NCBI GenBank assembly: GCA_039680575.1
Contig: JBDKSP010000071.1
Location: forward strand, 1-64,000
From: Armatimonadota bacterium
Lineage (GTDB): Bacteria > Armatimonadota > UBA5829 > DTLH01
Reading direction: 5' to 3'
Length of the DNA stretch: 64,000 bases
The first letter of the stretch is position 1. Each line of letters begins with the position of its first letter. Shown here piece by piece: positions 18,873 through 28,672 of the stretch. The translations under genes were made by a program, and so were the position numbers. The notes below the pieces were generated by a model that was given only the letters and a program-made list of their open reading frames with translations, was not told the DNA's origin and did not search any database.

Positions 18873-20026
18873 CCTGTTATCCCTCCCGCCATTGTCTTTG
18901 CACCCGGCAGGCTGATCAACGACTTGTAGACCGCTATAGTCTCTTTCGCGGTCCTCTTCCAGCTAAACTCAGCAGCTCTTTCTCTCCCGCGCCGGATCAT
19001 CTTCTCTCTGAGCTTTTTATCATTGAGCACTTCCATAAGCCCGCGCGAAATGGCTTCGGGATCGTTGGGATCGACCAGCACCGCGGCATCCCCCGCCACC
19101 TCCGGCATCGAGCTTATATTGGATGTGACGACCGGCGTCCCGCAGGCCATAGCTTCGATTACCGGCAGCCCGAACCCTTCGTAGAACGACGGGAAGACGA
19201 GCACATCGGCGAGGGTATAAATGGCGGTCAGGTCCTGCCTTGAAACAGGGGCTAGCATTACCATCCTGGGTAAATGGGACTGGTGGCGGCAGGCGGTGTC
19301 GAACGCCATATCTCTGGCCGCCGGGGAAGCGCATATCAGGACTATTCCGATTCCATCCAGCTCACTCGATACGAGCCCCGCAGCCCCCACGATCCCCCGG
19401 CAGTTTTTTCTGGGATCGGATGAGACCAACCCGAGGATAAACCTCTCCGGCAGTCCGTGAGTCTCCCGCACTCTTTTAAGCAGCGCGGAGTCCGTAATCG
19501 AATGGAAGTCCGGGTTGAGCCCCGTCGGGACTACACTTATCTTTTCTTCCGGGATGTTCAGCATCCGCTGTATGTCCGATTTCGACGCTTCGGATATGGT
19601 GATTATCCGGCTCGCACGCCGCGCTGCCTTAGGCGTGATCGTCCGCCAGTAGCTGCTAATCATCCGCATTTTGCGCGACATGCGCCGGTCTTTTTCCCTT
19701 GGCAGAAGCGGAATGAGATCGTGGACCGTCAACACAGTGGGACAAGGCGGCGTAAGCGGCCCCGTATTGAATGGAAAATGGGCGATATCCACTTTATCAC
19801 GGGCCATTGCGAGAGGCAGAAGCGCCTGTTCCCTGACCGGCGCAGGACCGCTCACGATCTTCACACTGAAGTTATCGTGAGATTCGACTCCCGGCCTGTC
19901 AGTGTACAGGATGTACTCGTTTTCATGGTCCAGCTCCATAAGTCCATGTACGATGTTCTGGGTATAGGTCTTGAACCCGCCGTCCTGGGGATGGGACAAA
20001 TATCTTGCATCGATCCCTATCTTCAT
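18869..20026 (-). CDS. Glycosyltransferase family 4 (mannosyltransferase-like)
   Basis: MKIGIDAR, TVHDLIP, PSFYEGFGLPVIEAMACG. Confidence 0.93.
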   Translation of the reverse strand: MKIGIDARYLSHPQDGGFKTYTQNIVHGLMELDHENEYILYTDRPGVESHDNFSVKIVSGPAPVREQALLPLAMARDKVDIAHFPFNTGPLTPPCPTVLTVHDLIPLLPREKDRRMSRKMRMISSYWRTITPKAARRASRIITISEASKSDIQRMLNIPEEKISVVPTGLNPDFHSITDSALLKRVRETHGLPERFILGLVSSDPRKNCRGIVGAAGLVSSELDGIGIVLICASPAARDMAFDTACRHQSHLPRMVMLAPVSRQDLTAIYTLADVLVFPSFYEGFGLPVIEAMACGTPVVTSNISSMPEVAGDAAVLVDPNDPEAISRGLMEVLNDKKLREKMIRRGRERAAEFSWKRTAKETIAVYKSLISLPGAKTMAGGITG

Positions 20027-20949
20027 CTTGCGCCCACCGCCCATGTAAATATCCTCCCCTGGACTGAGAGTCTGTCTTTGTAGGTATTTCTATTCCGTCC
20101 GACTACCGCCCTGGGGCTCCAGGCGGCAAGCCGGACGACCGATGAAAGCGCGGCAACCGCCCTGTACGCCGCGGCTGATGGAAGGCCGTAATGCTTTCTC
20201 ATAAACCTGTGCTTGCTGCGGCAGAGCTCGACTGAAGTCCTGTTTACGTCGAGTTTCGAGCTTTGTCCGCCATAATGGATAACCCGCGCATCGGGATAGA
20301 AAAACACCTTCCATCCGGCTTCCTTCAGTCTGTAGCAGAGGTCGGCTTCCTCGCTGTACATAAAGAACCCTTCGTCCAGAAGCCCGATCTCCTCAAGCGC
20401 AGCCCTCCTGAGGAGGAGACAGCTCCCCCCGGCAAAGTCCACTTCTCTCACACTGCTGAAGTCCCAGTATGACATGGCGAAACTGCCGGTCAATCTGTTT
20501 TCCGGAAACAGTTTGCTCAGGTAGAGCGCGTCGAACAGTTCCTGAAGCGGAGTCGGAAACGGACTGCAGGAACGCTGAAGTGTGCCGTCGCCGTTCAGGA
20601 GCTTACTTCCAACCGCGCCTGCCGCCGGGTTCGACTCCATGAACCGCACGAGGAGCGGAAGCGCCCCCGGAAGGACAACTGTATCGCTGTTCAGAAGCAA
20701 AAAGCAGTCCCCGCTCGATTCTTTGTAGGCCAGGTTGTTCGCGCGGGTGAACCCCAGGTTCTCACCGGCTTCGATCAGCCTCACCTGAGGAAATTCGCAT
20801 CGGACCATGCCAGCGCTATCGTCTGAAGAGCCGTTATCGACCACGATCACCTCTGCGGTAAGCCCGTCGAGGTCCCCAAACACCGATGACAGGCACTGCC
20901 GGAGGAGTCTCTTCGTATTCCAGCTCACGATAGCTATGGAAAGCTGCAT
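20023..20949 (-). CDS. Glycosyltransferase family 2
   Basis: VVDNGSSD, NLGFTRANN, LLNSD, FFMYSEEADLC. Confidence 0.93.
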   Translation of the reverse strand: MQLSIAIVSWNTKRLLRQCLSSVFGDLDGLTAEVIVVDNGSSDDSAGMVRCEFPQVRLIEAGENLGFTRANNLAYKESSGDCFLLLNSDTVVLPGALPLLVRFMESNPAAGAVGSKLLNGDGTLQRSCSPFPTPLQELFDALYLSKLFPENRLTGSFAMSYWDFSSVREVDFAGGSCLLLRRAALEEIGLLDEGFFMYSEEADLCYRLKEAGWKVFFYPDARVIHYGGQSSKLDVNRTSVELCRSKHRFMRKHYGLPSAAAYRAVAALSSVVRLAAWSPRAVVGRNRNTYKDRLSVQGRIFTWAVGAR

Positions 20950-22373
20950 CAGCCATCTGCCTCCTCATAATAGTCCTCTTCTCCCGGCTGGGCTGCCGCT
21001 ACAGCCGCGCCGAGGAGGAGCCACGGGAAGACTGATGTGCTAAACGACCATATCCCGCCGTTCACCCTGCTCGGAAGGAGGTAATCACCCACCAGACTCG
21101 TTACAGCCATCGCCGTAAATATCGCCGTCGCGCTGACGGTCAGCCACTTAAGCTCCTTTGGACTCCTATTGACCGTGTCGAACCCTGTCCTTACTCCCGC
21201 GACCACCATCCAAAGGAACGCAGCAATCCCTAAAAGACCCAACTCGGCTATCATCTGGGCATAATCGCTGTGCGCGGTGGTGTAGGTAGTATTGCCATAC
21301 CAGATACTGCTGTATTTTTTCGAGTAGGCAAGATAGTCCGCCGGACCTATTCCGAGGATGGGGTTTACAGAGGAAGCCATCTTCGCGGCATCGCCCCAAA
21401 GGTCGAACCTATCCATATCGCCCTCATGGCGCGATTCGCTGTAGACCGTGTTTACAGCAGCCGGTTGAATGGCAACGGCAAACAGCAGAATGATGGCCAT
21501 CCCGGCAAGCATCCGCCTGGAATAAAACAGGACAACCATCATTATACCGAGTGACGTTGTGAGCCAGCCGGAAACCCAACTGCGGGACCAGAACGACCCC
21601 AGAAGGAATATGCCGAGGAGCACCGCAAGCCCGATCTTCCCTCCAGCGGACTCTTTCCCGAAAAGCACTCGTGCAGTAGTCAGTGTCGCTGCAAATGCCG
21701 TAATGAATGTGCTTCTAGTGATGTCCCACGGCGGTTCTATCCCTGCCACCAGGAAAAATGTCACGTATATTCCGACTATCGCAACCGGCCAGTAGAGCGC
21801 CCCAATCCACTGTTTGTCCTTCAAGGAGCTTGCGGCCAGGAAGAACGCAGCCGCGCATAACCCCCATAACCCGATTTCTGATACCTGGTAAAGGAGCTGT
21901 TTGTCGTACCGGTGCACTCCATCGTCCCAAATAAAATAACTCGAGACTATGGAAGCTACCGCCACGCCTAGAAAAACCGCGATGGGCAGGTTCAGCCTCG
22001 ATTCGGCGAGTTTGATCCCGCTCCCGAAGAACCTTGTAATCCCCCAGAACGCACACATGAAGACCAGCCCGAGCTGGCTCGGCATGACTCCTGCCCTGTA
22101 GCTTGCTTCAGCTCCGAGCACCGCGGGAGAGTTGCCTGTATTGAACGGCGCGATCAGCGCAAATAGGACGATACCCAGCGCGAACCACCGCGAAAGCACG
22201 ATAGACGCAATTACGATGATCCCGACGACGATTACGAAGTAGATATCCAGTTCGATTATCATCGAAGACAGGATGTAGCCTGTGAGCAGTATCCCTCCCA
22301 CGGCAAAAACTGCTCCTACGGCTTTTTTCGCTGCATCTCTCCTGTCGATCGCGCCGGAAAGACGTCCGATCAT
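20949..22373 (-). CDS. O-antigen ligase/polymerase (Wzy_C family) membrane protein
   Basis: About 12 TM helices; R..LW, PILGIG, AHSDYAQMIAELG. Confidence 0.85.
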   Translation of the reverse strand: MIGRLSGAIDRRDAAKKAVGAVFAVGGILLTGYILSSMIIELDIYFVIVVGIIVIASIVLSRWFALGIVLFALIAPFNTGNSPAVLGAEASYRAGVMPSQLGLVFMCAFWGITRFFGSGIKLAESRLNLPIAVFLGVAVASIVSSYFIWDDGVHRYDKQLLYQVSEIGLWGLCAAAFFLAASSLKDKQWIGALYWPVAIVGIYVTFFLVAGIEPPWDITRSTFITAFAATLTTARVLFGKESAGGKIGLAVLLGIFLLGSFWSRSWVSGWLTTSLGIMMVVLFYSRRMLAGMAIILLFAVAIQPAAVNTVYSESRHEGDMDRFDLWGDAAKMASSVNPILGIGPADYLAYSKKYSSIWYGNTTYTTAHSDYAQMIAELGLLGIAAFLWMVVAGVRTGFDTVNRSPKELKWLTVSATAIFTAMAVTSLVGDYLLPSRVNGGIWSFSTSVFPWLLLGAAVAAAQPGEEDYYEEADG

Positions 22374-23578
22374 CTCTCTCTCCCCTGCCCTGTTATGGAT
22401 TTCAGCGCATATTCCATCGCTTCTGCAGATCTATCCCATCCGAACCTGGCTGCCACATGTTCACGGGCATTTTTCGTGAGCTCCGCTCTTAATTCGGAGT
22501 CTTTCATAAGCTGTATCACACAATCCGCAAACTCATCGGGGTCGTCTGCAATGAGCGCAGTCTCTCCATGTCTTACCCCGATCCCTGCCGCTCCGAGCGT
22601 GGTCGCCACTACGGGCGTTCCGAGCGCCATCGCTTCCAGAATCTTCAGCCTGGTCCCGCCGCCTATCCTGAGCGGAACAACGAGCACGGCGCTTCCTGCC
22701 ACCAGGGGACGAATATCGTCCAGAAAGCCTGTGAGTGCTGCACCGGCAGCGGTAAAAGGCGATATATCCATTCCTTTATGCCCGCCTGTTATGACAAACC
22801 CGGCATCAGGAATAGCCTTCTTGATTCCAGGTAAAATTCGCTCGCAAAAGAAGACTGCGGCATCGTAATTGGCATGATATGTAAGCGCGCCGGTCGAGAT
22901 AATGCGTTTCGGGTCAAAATCGGGAGTCTTGTAGTCCATGAGTCCCAGGTCAACGCCGTTCGGCACGACATGGAGCGCCCGGCAGTTATTTTTGGCCGGG
23001 AGGAGCTTTGCCAGCTCCCGTCTGTCTTCTTCGGACACCGCTGTTACGGCATCAAATGCGGCGACCAACCTTTGTTCGTGCCTGGCAACCTTTACCCATG
23101 TGAGTTTTCGCCTAAACTTAGCCAATGGACTCCCACCCTGCCCGATAAGCCGCGCGAAGTAGGCGGTATCGACATTGTCGTTATCAAGTATTTTAGGCAG
23201 CTTTGCATGCATCAAGTACTCGCCCGCTCTGGTCGTAAATGCGATCGCGGCATCAAACGAGTGAGTATTTAGCTGGTCTTCCACCATCTCAGCCATTGTT
23301 TTACTCCAGCAGTCGATACTGGAACGCGGCCTCATGGAAAAAAGCGCGCGGACAGCATTCCCGGCCGTAGGTTTGAAGTCATTTCCCTTGACCACGACAA
23401 CATCTCCGCACAGCTCGCCAAGCTCGTGGACGTGCTCCATGTCCGACGGGTCCTGGGTGAACGAGAGTAAGTGTATATCATGCCGCTCAACCAGCCCGCG
23501 AAGCAGATGATACACCCGCTGCCTCCCGCCGTTTACCGGCGGACAGGGAAACCATTGGGATACAATAAGTAACTTCAT
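22370..23578 (-). CDS. Glycosyltransferase family 4
   Basis: FPCPPVNGGRQR, PNGVD, GGGTRLKILEAMALG. Confidence 0.92.
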   Translation of the reverse strand: MKLLIVSQWFPCPPVNGGRQRVYHLLRGLVERHDIHLLSFTQDPSDMEHVHELGELCGDVVVVKGNDFKPTAGNAVRALFSMRPRSSIDCWSKTMAEMVEDQLNTHSFDAAIAFTTRAGEYLMHAKLPKILDNDNVDTAYFARLIGQGGSPLAKFRRKLTWVKVARHEQRLVAAFDAVTAVSEEDRRELAKLLPAKNNCRALHVVPNGVDLGLMDYKTPDFDPKRIISTGALTYHANYDAAVFFCERILPGIKKAIPDAGFVITGGHKGMDISPFTAAGAALTGFLDDIRPLVAGSAVLVVPLRIGGGTRLKILEAMALGTPVVATTLGAAGIGVRHGETALIADDPDEFADCVIQLMKDSELRAELTKNAREHVAARFGWDRSAEAMEYALKSITGQGRER

Positions 23579-24459
23579 TTCCCCATCCTGCCTAAATAGA
23601 AGTCCGCTACGCCCCTCAGCACCGCGCGGCTCGATCTCACATCGCCATGAACAGCCATGGATGCAGCCATCCTGCTAAAATCAGACAGGACGATCCTGAG
23701 AAGTCTGGAACTCTTCACCCTTCGTTTCTTGAGAAAATACAACCTGTTCCGGCAGAAATAATAAAGCTGTGCGGCGCTTCTGCCTTCGAAACCGCGCGAT
23801 ACCTTGTGCCAGATCTTCGATTCAGGAGTAAATATGGTCTTGTAGCCCGCATCCCTCGCGCGGAAGCACCAGTCGGACTCTTCGTAGTAAAGAAAATAGT
23901 CCGGGTCCAGGAGCCCGACCTTCTCAATCGCTTCCCGACATATGAGGAGCGCCGCGCCGACACCGTAGTCGACAGCAGTCTCACCCCTAAACTGCCCGAC
24001 GTCCTTAATGTCCAAATACCTCTGGTAAGCTATACCTGTTCGCCTGTCGATTTCACCGCCTGCCGACCAGATGACATCAGGCTGATCGTAATAGTAGATA
24101 AGCGGGTTGACTGCCGCTATATCATCCGAACGGTACAGCACTTTTACCAGAGGAGAGAGAAACTCCGGGGCGACTACAGTGTCGTTATTGAGCAGCAGCA
24201 CCGCATCTGCCCCGGAATCAAGCGAGCGGCGGATACCAATGTTGTTCCCACCGGCAAATCCAAGGTTCTGCCCTGTTTCTATGACCTCGACATCGGAAAA
24301 AGCAGACCTCACAGCCTCCGCTGTGCCGTCTGTCGAGCCATTATCGACCAGAATAGTCCAAAAATTCGGATAAACAACCTCTCCGAGAGACTTCAGACAT
24401 TCGAAAGTGTCATCCTTGCCGTTCCATGAGAGCACTATTATGGCTACCTTCGGTGTCAT
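23575..24459 (-). CDS. Glycosyltransferase family 2
   Basis: VDNGSTD, NLGFAGGNN, LLNND, YFLYYEESDWC. Confidence 0.93.
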   Translation of the reverse strand: MTPKVAIIVLSWNGKDDTFECLKSLGEVVYPNFWTILVDNGSTDGTAEAVRSAFSDVEVIETGQNLGFAGGNNIGIRRSLDSGADAVLLLNNDTVVAPEFLSPLVKVLYRSDDIAAVNPLIYYYDQPDVIWSAGGEIDRRTGIAYQRYLDIKDVGQFRGETAVDYGVGAALLICREAIEKVGLLDPDYFLYYEESDWCFRARDAGYKTIFTPESKIWHKVSRGFEGRSAAQLYYFCRNRLYFLKKRRVKSSRLLRIVLSDFSRMAASMAVHGDVRSSRAVLRGVADFYLGRMGK

Positions 24460-25853
24460 CACAGCAATTTCAGGGTTTCCTTTCCGACCGTAAGGCCGTA
24501 CAACTTATAAAAGATTGTCCAGAGGACGAGCACAGCCGCTATACCGGCCAGGTGCATAGTTATACCGTTTCCGGTGAAGAAAAATGCCGCGCCGGAGACG
24601 ATGAACGAAACGCTGTAGACAACAACAAGCTTTCGCGTGAGGTCGATTATATGATTCCTGATCATCCGCCAGAGAGAGAGCACGACGAAGATCGCGCTGA
24701 CCGGCAGATAGTTGGCTGCGACCATCCCCATCGCGCCGAACCGGCTGGTCAGGATGAACCCGGCTGTGACCAGAGTGAGCGCCCCTGATGTCGACGCGAA
24801 AAAGAGCATCCTGTCCTGCTTTGTCGCCCGAAGCACCTCTATACCGAATGACGAGTAGGGGTTGACCACACCGGACATCGCAAGCGCCTGGAGTATCACC
24901 GCCATCGGCATCCACTTAGGCCCAAAAAGCGCGGAAACAAAGAACCCTGAATGGAACAGCAGGAAGAGATAAATGGGCGTCTCTATCGCAGTGATGGCAA
25001 GGGTGGTGCATTTATATATCTGGCCGAGCTTGTCCGTGTCGTGCGAGACCTCGCAGAACAATGGATAGATCACCCGGTAGATCGCAGTCTCGACGATTTT
25101 CGATACCCTCTGACAGAGCATGAGCGCCATAGCATATAGCCCGACTGTTTTCGGGTCGAGCATCGTTCCGGTGACTAATATATCCCCCTGCTGGAGCAGA
25201 AATCCGATCAATGCTATTAGAAACAAGTAGCGGCTTCCCGCAATAAGCGTTCTGGTGTAGTTGAGAGTAAACTCGATCTTGAGCAGTTTTCGGACGGAGA
25301 CCCACATCAGCGCCGTATATGCCATTTCACCGGCGAGCGAGCCAAGAACGAGCGCCCACACTCCCCAGCCAGATGCAGCGAAAGATATGCTCACCGCTGC
25401 ATTCAGCCCAAGCCTGGCGAACTGAGGGATGAGTGACCTGTGGACTATCAGTTCCCGGTCCACATAGACCGTGGGAACGGTGCCGACGGCTTTTACCAGG
25501 ATCAGCGGAGCTAGCGCACGCGCCGGGGTAATGAGTGCCGGAGTAAAAACCTTGAGATAAGGCGCAAACAGCTCGACCATGCCGATAGCCAGCAAAGAGA
25601 GCCCTGTCCTGATGAGGAGCACATTCCCGAAAGGCCGCTTCTTCTCCCGCGAGAGGTGCTGGGAAAGCCCGAGATCGGTAAATACATCCGCAATGAGTAC
25701 CACGAGCATCGCTTCAGCAAAGATCCCCCATTCTCTCGGCAGGATCAGCCTCGCGAGTATGATCTTGCTGATGAATTCGACCCCGGTAGTGCCAAGTTGT
25801 GATAGATACGATGACGCGAGCGATACTACCGCGCGGCGTTTTAGTCGGTCCAT
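24459..25853 (-). CDS. wzx: Oligosaccharide flippase (Wzx family)
   Basis: ILARLILPREWG, GWGVWALV, many TM helices; first gene of the polysaccharide operon. Confidence 0.85.
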   Translation of the reverse strand: MDRLKRRAVVSLASSYLSQLGTTGVEFISKIILARLILPREWGIFAEAMLVVLIADVFTDLGLSQHLSREKKRPFGNVLLIRTGLSLLAIGMVELFAPYLKVFTPALITPARALAPLILVKAVGTVPTVYVDRELIVHRSLIPQFARLGLNAAVSISFAASGWGVWALVLGSLAGEMAYTALMWVSVRKLLKIEFTLNYTRTLIAGSRYLFLIALIGFLLQQGDILVTGTMLDPKTVGLYAMALMLCQRVSKIVETAIYRVIYPLFCEVSHDTDKLGQIYKCTTLAITAIETPIYLFLLFHSGFFVSALFGPKWMPMAVILQALAMSGVVNPYSSFGIEVLRATKQDRMLFFASTSGALTLVTAGFILTSRFGAMGMVAANYLPVSAIFVVLSLWRMIRNHIIDLTRKLVVVYSVSFIVSGAAFFFTGNGITMHLAGIAAVLVLWTIFYKLYGLTVGKETLKLL

Positions 25854-25862
25854 AGCCCCATA

Positions 25863-25915
25863 TTACCCGGATGAGGCAATAGCAAACCGGAACCGTTTTC
25901 GGTTTCCTGCGTCTA
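25863..25915. promoter_or_regulatory. Back-to-back promoters: SigB/SigF-like on the minus strand and ECF-like on the plus strand
   Basis: Minus: GGTTT-15-GGGTAA (25888-25863), 9 nt before the wzx ATG. Plus: GGAAC-16-CGTCTA (25889-25915). Confidence 0.6.
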
Positions 25916-25938
25916 TATGTAAAGTGGAGGTAGTTACA

Positions 25939-26304
25939 ATGAAAAGAACAGCTTTCGTCGTTCTCGCGGTTATATTGGCCTTCGGGATTCTTATGGTTTC
26001 TGGCTGCAAGAACAATGACTGCACTAAAATATCATCTATCCTGAACAACCCCGGTAAATATGTAGACCACAAAGTGATAGTCGCCGGAGAAGTGACAAAG
26101 TGTTACGGAGTGGACCTTCTCATCACGGAAGCCGGAGCGTACCAACTCGACGACGGAACCGGCAAGATATGGATCATCACCAAAAACGGAGTACCCAGAG
26201 AAGGCACAAAAGTAGGGCTTAAGGGCACAGTCTCAAGCGGATTCAAACTCGGCCGTGATGTATTCGGAGCTGTAATCAAGGAAACCGAGCGCCGCACTCG
26301 ATAA
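25939..26304 (+). CDS. OB-fold lipoprotein
   Basis: Lipobox VSGC; ISSILNNPGKY..V.VAGEV, LDDGTGKIWI; GGAGG RBS. Confidence 0.8.
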   Translation: MKRTAFVVLAVILAFGILMVSGCKNNDCTKISSILNNPGKYVDHKVIVAGEVTKCYGVDLLITEAGAYQLDDGTGKIWIITKNGVPREGTKVGLKGTVSSGFKLGRDVFGAVIKETERRTR

Positions 26305-26360
26305 AACATTGGTAGATACAGTAAATTCAGACGATTAATTGTCATGTAAACCCGGCAGTA

Positions 26361-26389
26361 TTGACAACTGATCACAACAGTTGTACACT
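26361..26389 (+). promoter_or_regulatory. sigma70 promoter overlapped by an inverted-repeat operator
   Basis: TTGACA-17-TACACT with ACAACTG-N7-CAGTTGT (26364-26384). Confidence 0.6.
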
Positions 26390-26447
26390 TCAAGCAGCCT
26401 GCCATCAAGTTTGTTTGCAGATAAACGAATGACACAGAGGTCTTAGC

Positions 26448-26840
26448 ATGTTTTGTCCAAAGTGCGGTACTGAAAACGAAAATAACGCTTACCGGTGTGT
26501 ATCTTGCCAGACAATTATTCAGGTCGAGCCGATACCACAATATGTACAGCCGATGGTCACTGCACCTGCCGAGGATGACCCTGCCTTAAGGATCTTACTT
26601 CCGGTGGGAAGGTCCGGGCTTGCAATAGCCGCGGGATATGCAGGTCTGTTTTCAATCACGCTTGTCTTCGGACCATTTGCGATTCTGCTCTCAATTCTTG
26701 CGCTGAAGGACATCAAGAAAAACCCCAAGAAGCTCGGCAAGGGACGGGCGATTTTCGGCCTCGTTATGGGAATCTTGGGCACTATCGGCCTTATAATAAC
26801 ACAGATGATGTTACACTGGGCGATTTCCACAGTACAATGA
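26448..26840 (+). CDS. Zinc-ribbon + DUF4190-like membrane protein
   Basis: MFCPKCG...CVSC; AL.DIK...GKGRAIFGLVMG. Confidence 0.85.
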   Translation: MFCPKCGTENENNAYRCVSCQTIIQVEPIPQYVQPMVTAPAEDDPALRILLPVGRSGLAIAAGYAGLFSITLVFGPFAILLSILALKDIKKNPKKLGKGRAIFGLVMGILGTIGLIITQMMLHWAISTVQ

Positions 26841-26867
26841 TTTCCAACATAAACGGAGGGCAGAGGT

Positions 26868-27302
26868 TTGTTTTGTAGGCAATGCGGGACACAGAACGAG
26901 GATAATGCAAAGCGGTGCGTAAGGTGCGGCGCAGAGTTGGCGCCGATTCCGGAACAGCAACCTGGTCAATTCTCTAATCAGCCGCCGGGACAATATCCGG
27001 GGCAACCGTCGTATCAGCAGCCAATGACGCCGCCTAAGGGTGTACCTAACCATCTCGTCGAAGCAATCTTGGTTACGATTTTCTGCTGTCTAATACCAGG
27101 TATTGTAGCAATAGTCTATTCAGCTCAGGTCAATTCAAAGCTGCTTCAAGGAGATTATTACGGCGCAGTTGATTCGTCAAATAAGGCCAAGACCTGGTCC
27201 TGGGTATCGTTTGGTCTGGGACTGATCTGGATAATCGTCTACATCACCGTGGCTGTAATAGGAGCAAAGAGCGGAGCAGGCTCTTCCAGACACTATTACT
27301 AA
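26868..27302 (+). CDS. Zinc-ribbon + CD225/dispanin family protein
   Basis: CRQCG..CVRCG, PQ-rich linker, PNHLVEAILVTIFCCLIPGIVAIVYSAQV. Confidence 0.9.
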   Translation: MFCRQCGTQNEDNAKRCVRCGAELAPIPEQQPGQFSNQPPGQYPGQPSYQQPMTPPKGVPNHLVEAILVTIFCCLIPGIVAIVYSAQVNSKLLQGDYYGAVDSSNKAKTWSWVSFGLGLIWIIVYITVAVIGAKSGAGSSRHYY

Positions 27303-27363
27303 AAAGTTCCGGCTGAAACAATGTCTAATACTCGTTACATCAATTGCCAAAACTCTATCAAAT

Positions 27364-27786
27364 ATGGTTTTTGCAGTTAATACGGACAAACCTCGCCGTA
27401 AGTTTATACCGTTTCGATTGGCGCTGTCTGCAGCGGGAACACTGGCAGCGCTGACCTTTTTGTATGTTTTGAACCCAAACATCAGCCGTTACCTGCCGCC
27501 GTGTCCGTTTCATGCGCTGACCGGGCTTTACTGCCCCGGATGCGGCTCTACCCGCGCCATGCATCAACTGCTTCACGTCCACATTCTGGCGGCACTCGAT
27601 TTGAACCCACTGATGGTTATATCTCTGCCGTTTCTGCTCTATTCTTCCCTCAAGCAAGCATTTATGCAGTCAAAGCCTGAGCAGCCTGTCAAAGCCATTT
27701 GGGTGTGGTCCATCTTTGTGGTCATTATCATCTACGGCATAATGAGAAACATCCCAGTTTACCCCTTTACATTGCTTGCGCCGTAG
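27364..27786 (+). CDS. DUF2752 family membrane protein
   Basis: CPFHALTGLYCPGCGSTRA motif. Confidence 0.9.
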   Translation: MVFAVNTDKPRRKFIPFRLALSAAGTLAALTFLYVLNPNISRYLPPCPFHALTGLYCPGCGSTRAMHQLLHVHILAALDLNPLMVISLPFLLYSSLKQAFMQSKPEQPVKAIWVWSIFVVIIIYGIMRNIPVYPFTLLAP

Positions 27787-27841
27787 GCTCGAACTTTTTG
27801 GCACCGGCACGTGTCTAATGTATAAAAAGGAGGGGATAGCC

Positions 27842-28636
27842 ATGTTCCACAGCGCCAAGAATTCTGGATACAGTGGAAAGATCAGTATCACCAGTCTTTT
27901 AGCAGTGATAGCCATTTGCTTTGTAGTCGCCATTATCATGTTTCCGATCTTCTTCAAGACTATTGAACCAACTTCAGGCTCAGCTTGCCTATCGAATATG
28001 AACCAGCTTGGCAAGGCACTGAAGGCCTATACACATGATTGGGATGATAAGTTTCCAACTAACCGCACCCTCGGAGGGAATTTGAGCTGCGAAATTCGGT
28101 TATCACCTGGCAGCGCTGAAAATTCCAGGCTGTATCAATACGGGCATAACTGGGTTGAAGCACTATATCCATATGTGAAGAAAGTTAGCACACCAGACGA
28201 TAACCAATCTGTATGGAAGTGTCCTAAAGCTAAAGATATTGCCGGAAACAGCACCGTAGCTGCCTCCTATGCAATGAATTACAACCTGTTGGAGCTAGCC
28301 GAAGCTGATCTAAAGCTTGCTTCCAGTACAATGCTTCTTCGTGAAATGGACAGAACATGCAAAGCGGCGGTGTGCAGGCCGGTCAATAGATGCAATACAT
28401 CAAAAACTCCGCCTATAGGCGCGTTTCTTACCGAGAGTGACCCCATTTACGATGTCTGTAGTCCTAAGCTTCATTGCAGCGGCTCAAATATTCTCTTCGC
28501 CGATGGGCATGTTAGAACCGTCCAGATAGCACAAATGCCCGAGGTTTTCACCGTTGAGAAAAACTGGGAGAAGAAGACAAACCGCTGGTGGGATACAGTA
28601 GATTCCGATCGTATGATGATTACAATTAACCCATAA
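27842..28636 (+). CDS. Prepilin-like / DUF1559-type H-X9-DG domain protein
   Basis: CLSNMNQLG.A...Y..DWD, SYAMN, HCSGSNILFADGHV; degenerate prepilin N-terminus. Confidence 0.85.
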   Translation: MFHSAKNSGYSGKISITSLLAVIAICFVVAIIMFPIFFKTIEPTSGSACLSNMNQLGKALKAYTHDWDDKFPTNRTLGGNLSCEIRLSPGSAENSRLYQYGHNWVEALYPYVKKVSTPDDNQSVWKCPKAKDIAGNSTVAASYAMNYNLLELAEADLKLASSTMLLREMDRTCKAAVCRPVNRCNTSKTPPIGAFLTESDPIYDVCSPKLHCSGSNILFADGHVRTVQIAQMPEVFTVEKNWEKKTNRWWDTVDSDRMMITINP

Positions 28637-28643
28637 ACAGCAA

Positions 28644-28670
28644 TGGGTGGGCGGGAATCCCGCCCATCCA
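28644..28670. terminator. Hairpin between convergent genes
   Basis: TGGGTGGGCGGG-AAT-CCCGCCCATCCA. Confidence 0.65.
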
Positions 28671-28672
28671 GA

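Noticed and set aside
25579..25938. N-terminal extensions in the ORF track (also 35998-36195, 36316-36408, 41680-41787)
   Set aside because: They overlap opposite-strand genes, promoters or repeats; downstream starts with an RBS fit better.
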